From Bacillota bacterium (lineage in GTDB: Bacteria; Bacillota; Clostridia; Lachnospirales; Lachnospiraceae): a DNA stretch of 64,000 nt. A model generated the notes under the pieces. It had not been told where the DNA came from, did not search any database, and was given only the letters and a program-made list of their open reading frames with translations. The stretch spans positions 11 through 64,010 of the forward strand of contig JAEWPQ010000101.1 in assembly GCA_023460575.1 (NCBI GenBank), read 5' to 3'. The first letter of the stretch is position 1. Every line of letters begins with the position of its first letter. A program made the translations under genes and the position numbers. Positions 58,846 through 64,000 of the stretch are shown here, in pieces.

Positions 58846-59919
58846 ACCCGTCCCTTAGGTGTAGTACTGAGGTATCCGACAAACGATAAAAATTCGTATT
58901 CGTTTAAAAAAAGTATAGCACATCTTCGTGCTATTTACGGCAGAAAAAACGAAAGAAAAGGGAGCTACAAAAGAAGTATTTCAACCCCCTGTAATCCCCG
59001 GCAGCCCCAGTTTACCATAGAATCAATTTACTGTAAATCCCATGGTTCACCATGAGCCATAGGGTACACGATCTAGCTGAACTTCCAATGAAATAGATTC
59101 AATATACCACTTTCAGCTTGCCCTATGTCGCAAAATATTGCCCCTGTGTGACCTTTAATCCGATGGTGGAACATATTTCCATTTAGGCAATAAAACACCT
59201 CGTTGGGCAAATTTAAAACAGCGCCTATGGCCATCAATTATTTTAACATCTAAATATCCATATATTATATAATTTATCTGTCTCGATTATAAAGTTAATT
59301 TTAATTTAACTATTTTCCAATATTTCGTCAATAGTTATTTCTCTTTCCAATGTTAAATCATAAAATCCTATAAAAACACCTTCCTCATATAACCAAAATA
59401 GATCTGAACCATAAGGAGCTTCAAATATCTCTAAAATTACCGGTGCGATTTTATTAATACTTTCAGCATTTATAATTATAAAATTATCTGGATTTTTAAT
59501 ATATTCATCATCATCCTTTTCAGATAATAAATTCCAGCCATTTAATTGTTCTATTGAACTCTTTTCTCTAAAACTATATCTAACTGGTATTCCATTATAA
59601 ACATTTCTTGATACTATAAAACCACCATACATATCATTTTCTATCATTTTAAATCTCCTTTGTAAGGTTAATGTTTGGATTGCTGTTGCCTCGTGTTCGT
59701 CCTCCTGTTGTTTTTTCAAAAAAATGTCGCATATAGGCCAGTTTCTCATATTCTCACAGTCGCACAATCGTAACCATTTTTGAAATTTAACACCAGATGA
59801 TTTTCACACTATTTTCCTACTAAAACAGTGTGAACCATGGTAATTAAAATAATGCAGGTTAAAGAGCCGGGGTCAAAAACTTCCCCGACTCGGCTAACAT
59901 CAGCCCGCAATGCGGACTG
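58846..59919. mobile_element. Non-autonomous copy B of the IS110-associated unit (end + non-coding repeat; promoter, RNA and transposase deleted)
   Basis: 58846-58936 matches 62421-62512; 58938-59218 and 59670-59919 match copy A. Confidence 0.75.
59306..59647 (-). CDS. DUF2185/Imm33-like immunity protein
   Basis: FIVS.NV...RE.....NGW..LS..DDDEY..NP.NF; AAGGAG RBS before ATG at 59647. Confidence 0.7.
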   Translation of the reverse strand: MIENDMYGGFIVSRNVYNGIPVRYSFREKSSIEQLNGWNLLSEKDDDEYIKNPDNFIIINAESINKIAPVILEIFEAPYGSDLFWLYEEGVFIGFYDLTLEREITIDEILENS

Positions 59920-60057
59920 AGAGGACTTTTTCATCGGGTCGGATTCTTGCCATTGGGGTCGTAACCGGGGTCGCACTTGCAGGGAATGCCCATTTACGAG
60001 AAAGATTTACGGGGTTATGAATGACTCCATTAACATTCTTTACAAATATGGTACAAT

Positions 60058-60600
60058 CTAATATGCTAGATTTCCTTTTGATAAATTTCCATTATTAACA
60101 TCTAATAGGAAATTATATCTAGACCTACCATATTGATCTTCGTGATTCTTATCCCCATCGCATACTATTGATATTTGATCTTTTGAACAAGCAAAATATT
60201 GCATTTTAAATCCGACAGGCTGATTTACTTTAAATAAACAATCTCCTATTAGATTATAACCATATAGTTCTTGCTTCTCACCATCAGATAAGATAAATAT
60301 TTTCTGCTTTTGAGGTAAGAAGATTACTTGTTTTAATTGATTAATAAATAAATTCTTCTGTTTGCCTTGATAAGTCCAATTTACAATACTTAGATTTAAA
60401 TCATAGTACAATTCTAAATTACCATCATAAGAATAATAATAAACCTTAGTTGCTATAAAATTTTTACCTGATTCAACTTGAATCAATTCTAATTTCTCAT
60501 CTTCTGTTGCAAAAAAAGCATCCTCGACGTTTAAAATAATATTGCGTTCATTGCTTTTCCAAGTTACACAACCAGAACTTACATTAAGGTTCTCAATCAT
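60058..60600 (-). CDS. Putative immunity protein for the upstream orphan toxin fragment
   Basis: AT-rich beta-rich ORF starting 12 bp after the toxin fragment stop; AAGGAG RBS. Confidence 0.6.
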   Translation of the reverse strand: MIENLNVSSGCVTWKSNERNIILNVEDAFFATEDEKLELIQVESGKNFIATKVYYYSYDGNLELYYDLNLSIVNWTYQGKQKNLFINQLKQVIFLPQKQKIFILSDGEKQELYGYNLIGDCLFKVNQPVGFKMQYFACSKDQISIVCDGDKNHEDQYGRSRYNFLLDVNNGNLSKGNLAY

Positions 60601-60611
60601 TAATTCTCTCC

Positions 60612-60854
60612 TTATTTTATCTTTGAGATAGAAGAAATATCAAAATAGTCCATAGCATTTGCACTTCTGTCTAATATAATATTTATTTGTTTTGCGCCTC
60701 CAGGTAGATATGTATCTAATGGTAGATCAATTTGTGGTCCTACTGGACCTTGTAAACTTGGTAATGTTATACCATCTTTTACCGTATATCCTACAACTCT
60801 ATCAATCTCTGGTTTCCATTCACCTTTTACATATCGACTTCCTGAAAGGCTCCT
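60612..60854 (-). pseudogene. Orphan toxin C-terminal fragment, TNT/NAD-glycohydrolase-like (not in ORF track)
   Basis: Manual translation ...VKGEWKPEIDRV...LQGPVGPQIDL...YLPGGAKQINI...KIK*, no start codon. Confidence 0.55.
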
Positions 60855-61032
60855 TTACAAATCAAGTTGCTTGGAAATTTTTTTATTAGCATGAATTCAT
60901 AGATGGGATAAAAGTCATAAAGTATATTACCAAATTAACTTCATAAAAAAGCTTAGAACACAACCAGAAATAGTCATATTCTAAGCTTTTCAAGGCACTT
61001 ACTTGGTATTTTTTAATTATTGAAATATGTTA

Positions 61033-61572
61033 TTATTTTTCTAAAATATACTTACTTGGGACCATATCTGCCAGCCATACTTTCTCATTACCATAATAAA
61101 ATTTTATTCCATCATTCCAAGCACTTAGCGAATCAATCACTAATATTCGAGAATTATTATCATGTCTTTTCCCTACGTTCTCTGCGGTTTCAATATCCTG
61201 TGATAAGTGAACATACTGCCTGCTCCGTGGTAACAACCCTTTTTCTGAAATTGAATCCATAAATCTTCTTGCTGTTCCATGGTATAAAATATTGGGCGGC
61301 ATTTTTACTTCTTTCATAATCTTCATTGGTATGGAATGTCCATAAAATGCTCTAATTTTTCCTTCGCAAATTTCAAGCCGCTTTTTTTCGGATTTTTCAA
61401 CTATTTCAATTAAATCATCTTCAACAACATTTTCCCATTTAGGATTTAGATGTAAAGCAGATAATAATTGCTTTAACGGAACTCTTCCCTCTTCGTCAAT
61501 CTCAAGTTCATATTCCCATGGGGCATGTCGTAAAGCATATGAAATTTCTTTACTTAGTTCAGTGTAATTCAT
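61033..61572 (-). CDS. kptA: RNA 2'-phosphotransferase (Tpt1/KptA)
   Basis: LSK..S..LRH, IRA.YGHS, LYHGT, RQYVHLS, VWL...VP. Confidence 0.9.
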   Translation of the reverse strand: MNYTELSKEISYALRHAPWEYELEIDEEGRVPLKQLLSALHLNPKWENVVEDDLIEIVEKSEKKRLEICEGKIRAFYGHSIPMKIMKEVKMPPNILYHGTARRFMDSISEKGLLPRSRQYVHLSQDIETAENVGKRHDNNSRILVIDSLSAWNDGIKFYYGNEKVWLADMVPSKYILEK

Positions 61573-61578
61573 TTTATC

Positions 61579-61953
61579 TCACTTCTTTACTTCATATTCT
61601 TTATATCTTCTTCCACTTCTTTTTCCCTCGATTTCAAGGAAATAAAAGGGAGCATTATCTTTTATATGCCATTCAACATCAATAATCTGTCCTATTGATG
61701 ACTTTTCAATTATTTCTACTATTTCTCCTAATTTATATTGGGGTTCATTTACAACTTTATAAAGTTTAGGATTCACTCGAAATTCTTTTTTTCCATACTT
61801 TAACTTAATCATCCCGTCACTCATTGATACACATTGAAAAACCTTTCCATTTGGTTTTAAGGCAAAAAATTCTTCTCTGTCTTCAGCGTCGATCATATTA
61901 TCATCAGTTCCCTGAAAACATTGGTATACCCCCCATGTATCTGTATAATCCAT
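61579..61953 (-). CDS. Putative immunity protein for the upstream orphan toxin
   Basis: GGAGG RBS, directly after toxin tip; WH.K...FY....GK...RRY SH3-like C-terminus. Confidence 0.6.
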   Translation of the reverse strand: MDYTDTWGVYQCFQGTDDNMIDAEDREEFFALKPNGKVFQCVSMSDGMIKLKYGKKEFRVNPKLYKVVNEPQYKLGEIVEIIEKSSIGQIIDVEWHIKDNAPFYFLEIEGKRSGRRYKEYEVKK

Positions 61954-61964
61954 AATTGTCCTCC

Positions 61965-62429
61965 TTATTCTCCATATGGTGAAAATCCTTTAAAATCTTT
62001 AGAATAGATGTTTTGAGGTAAATTACCAAATGCATCTTCTGCAGTTTTCAAGCATCCGTTGCTTGACTTAAAGTGACCACTAGCATTGTCAATACTATAA
62101 ATTTTTCCACCCCGAACTTCAACCATGCCTGCCGCTTGAACTTGTGGGTTTTTACCTCCAATCAGCGTAGGATGAGGCATTCTTTGTCCCCCTCTTGTTC
62201 CTATAATAATATTTCCATCCATATCAACAGCATATATATATTTTCCATTCATATTCTTATTCCCCAAATAATTGGAGCCTTCACTAACATAATCTTTAAT
62301 ATTATGAGCTGTTGGATTTCTGACATATTCTCCATTTCTTAGTACGCCTGCCGCTTCGTCATCAGGATACATAGTTGAATCTACTTTATATCCACGTCCT
62401 GTACCATTTTTAATACCCTCACCCGTCCC
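61965..62429 (-). pseudogene. Orphan polymorphic toxin tip (Ntox43-like predicted nuclease)
   Basis: HPTLIGG...V.AAG...G.I..IDNASGHF; frame stays open upstream to a GTGEG linker at the IS end. Confidence 0.65.
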
Positions 62430-62524
62430 CTCAGGTGGAGTACTGAGGTATTCGACGAACGGTAAAAATTCGTATTCATTTTAAAAAAGTATAGCACATC
62501 TTCGTGCTATTTTTAAGGAAAAAA

Positions 62525-63751
62525 TTACTGTTCTTCTTCTCGAGTCGGTTCCCGGTATTCTGTCTTATTTTTCATCATTCCGTAAACTATGTTTACCAAA
62601 CGACGCATAATGCAGACCAGTGCCTGAGACTTTGTCTTCCCTTCGCCGATTTTTCGCATGTAATAGTCATAAAATACCGGATGGTTGGGCACTCCATTCT
62701 TTGGTTTCGACACCATGGTTACTGCCAGGAAATAAAACAGTCCATGCAACTGGCGGTTTCCCTGTCTGGAGCTTTGCTCCTTGCCTTTTCCAGCGGAACT
62801 GAACTTTATAGGAGCTACTCCTGCGAATCTTGCCAGCTTGTCAGCATTGGAAAATCTTCGAATGTCCCCGATTTCTGCAATCAGCTTACTCGCTATGGAA
62901 GTTCCTATTCCTGGCATACTGGTCAGTTTATAATCAAAGCTAAGCAGGATTTTCTCGATTTCTACATCAAGTCCTGCCAATTCTTCTTTCTGGTATTCTA
63001 AATCCCGTACCAGACTTGTTGTAATAAAATCTCTGGATTCCTGATATTCGCGTATAGTATTTCCGTCATTCTGAACACAATCCAGAATTAATTCTGCCTT
63101 ATCTTTCTTGTATATACGAGCTATTTCCTTAAATTCGATTGTTAGGTCTTCTGACGTTTTCCCCTGTAAATGGACAGGGGACGGGTAGGTCTTCCAGAAA
63201 TACATGGCGCATTTCCCATCTATTTCGCTGAAGAACTTACTATAACTGGGATATGCCATGGATATCTGCTCATGGAGTCCATTTTTAAAACGGATCCCAT
63301 CTTTCACCAGTAAATCTCTCCGATTTACCAGTTGTGCCAACGTCCATTCATTATCTTTTGGCTTTGCATCTGGCAAGGTATGTAACTGGTTAATCAGAAC
63401 CGTTGCCACACAATACGCATCATGCTCATCGTTTTTACGGAGCATAGGTGCACTTTTTCTCTGGTCATAAGCCAGGGCAGGATTAATGTCTTTTACAATA
63501 TAACCTTTTTCAATCAGCCAGACAGCTAAACTTCTGCCGTAGTCGTATGCATTCTCCAATCCGTAAATGGGTTCAAGGCCAAGATGATTGGATTTTCTGT
63601 TTACCTTTTCTGCCAGCTTTTTAAATTCACTGGGCTTGTTTTCAATGACGACTACCTCTAACTTTTCATTCCAGCAGTTCACCATCACTGCGGTATGACT
63701 TTCCTTATGCAGGTCAATCCCCACATAAAGCAGATTTTCTCTTTTCTGCAA
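62525..63751 (-). CDS. IS110-family transposase/recombinase
   Basis: GIDLHK, GLEN, KND..DA (DEDD), PGIG, AEIGDI.RF, SSAGK serine motif, GNR.L; TTG start after GGAGG. Confidence 0.95.
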   Translation of the reverse strand: MQKRENLLYVGIDLHKESHTAVMVNCWNEKLEVVVIENKPSEFKKLAEKVNRKSNHLGLEPIYGLENAYDYGRSLAVWLIEKGYIVKDINPALAYDQRKSAPMLRKNDEHDAYCVATVLINQLHTLPDAKPKDNEWTLAQLVNRRDLLVKDGIRFKNGLHEQISMAYPSYSKFFSEIDGKCAMYFWKTYPSPVHLQGKTSEDLTIEFKEIARIYKKDKAELILDCVQNDGNTIREYQESRDFITTSLVRDLEYQKEELAGLDVEIEKILLSFDYKLTSMPGIGTSIASKLIAEIGDIRRFSNADKLARFAGVAPIKFSSAGKGKEQSSRQGNRQLHGLFYFLAVTMVSKPKNGVPNHPVFYDYYMRKIGEGKTKSQALVCIMRRLVNIVYGMMKNKTEYREPTREEEQ

Positions 63752-63756
63752 TACTC

Positions 63757-63906
63757 TCCCTCCAGATCTTGTTTCCAACCAATTAGTTCCCGCACCGGCA
63801 ACCTCAGATGACAGCGTTAACTCTTATTGAGTCCGCAAGGGGGCGACAGCCAATCTACAACAAACCAATGGGTGAAAGTACAAGTTATTTCTTTTATTGG
63901 TTGTTG
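63757..63906 (-). ncRNA. Candidate IS110 bridge RNA, copy C
   Basis: Near-identical to 43615-43764; promoter TTGCAA (63930-35)-N17-TAACAT (63907-12). Confidence 0.55.
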
Positions 63907-64000
63907 ATGTTAACTCTGTATGGAAAGTATTGCAAGTCATTTCTGGATTTAGTTTCATGAGAAAGGAACATCAGAAAAAAACAGAAAAGGGAGTTACAGT

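Larger units (their letters stand above)
62430..64000 (-). mobile_element. IS110-family element, copy C (extends beyond window)
   Basis: End sequence, terminator 62483-62510, intact transposase, upstream structured non-coding region and promoter. Confidence 0.85.

Noticed and set aside
59648..59767. N-terminal extension of ORF 59306-59767
   Set aside because: The extension is repeat sequence; a good RBS supports the start at 59647
1..64000. CRISPR array, tRNA or rRNA genes
   Set aside because: No regularly spaced direct repeats or recognisable tRNA/rRNA sequence seen

Overview
Low-GC Firmicute chromosomal window, Lachnospiraceae/Clostridium-like by gene content (inference). 1-26 kb is mostly housekeeping and catabolic genes: PcsB-like hydrolase, MATE, nfnAB-like pair, folA with a ThyX-like ORF, sbcCD, an MCP, malate utilisation with its two-component system, recQ and GH31/AraC. 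26-42 kb is a complete Tad/Flp pilus operon. It sits behind an apparent invertible promoter (28-bp inverted repeats) next to a tyrosine recombinase, and a second candidate promoter switch lies upstream of the MCP gene. 42-64 kb is an interbacterial-toxin region. It holds a tube-less and sheath-less VgrG/VgrG/pentapeptide/DUF4280/VgrG-Rhs operon and arrays of orphan toxin tips and immunity genes. These are interleaved with three related copies of an IS110-type unit: long non-coding repeat, promoter, structured RNA, transposase, terminator, end. The unit's end abuts the (K/E)GTG linker of toxin tips, and the predicted RNA has two segments matching that 14-bp junction around a CT core. This suggests a bridge-RNA-guided toxin-tip exchange system (inference). 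All family calls come from motif recognition by eye; no database searches were run.
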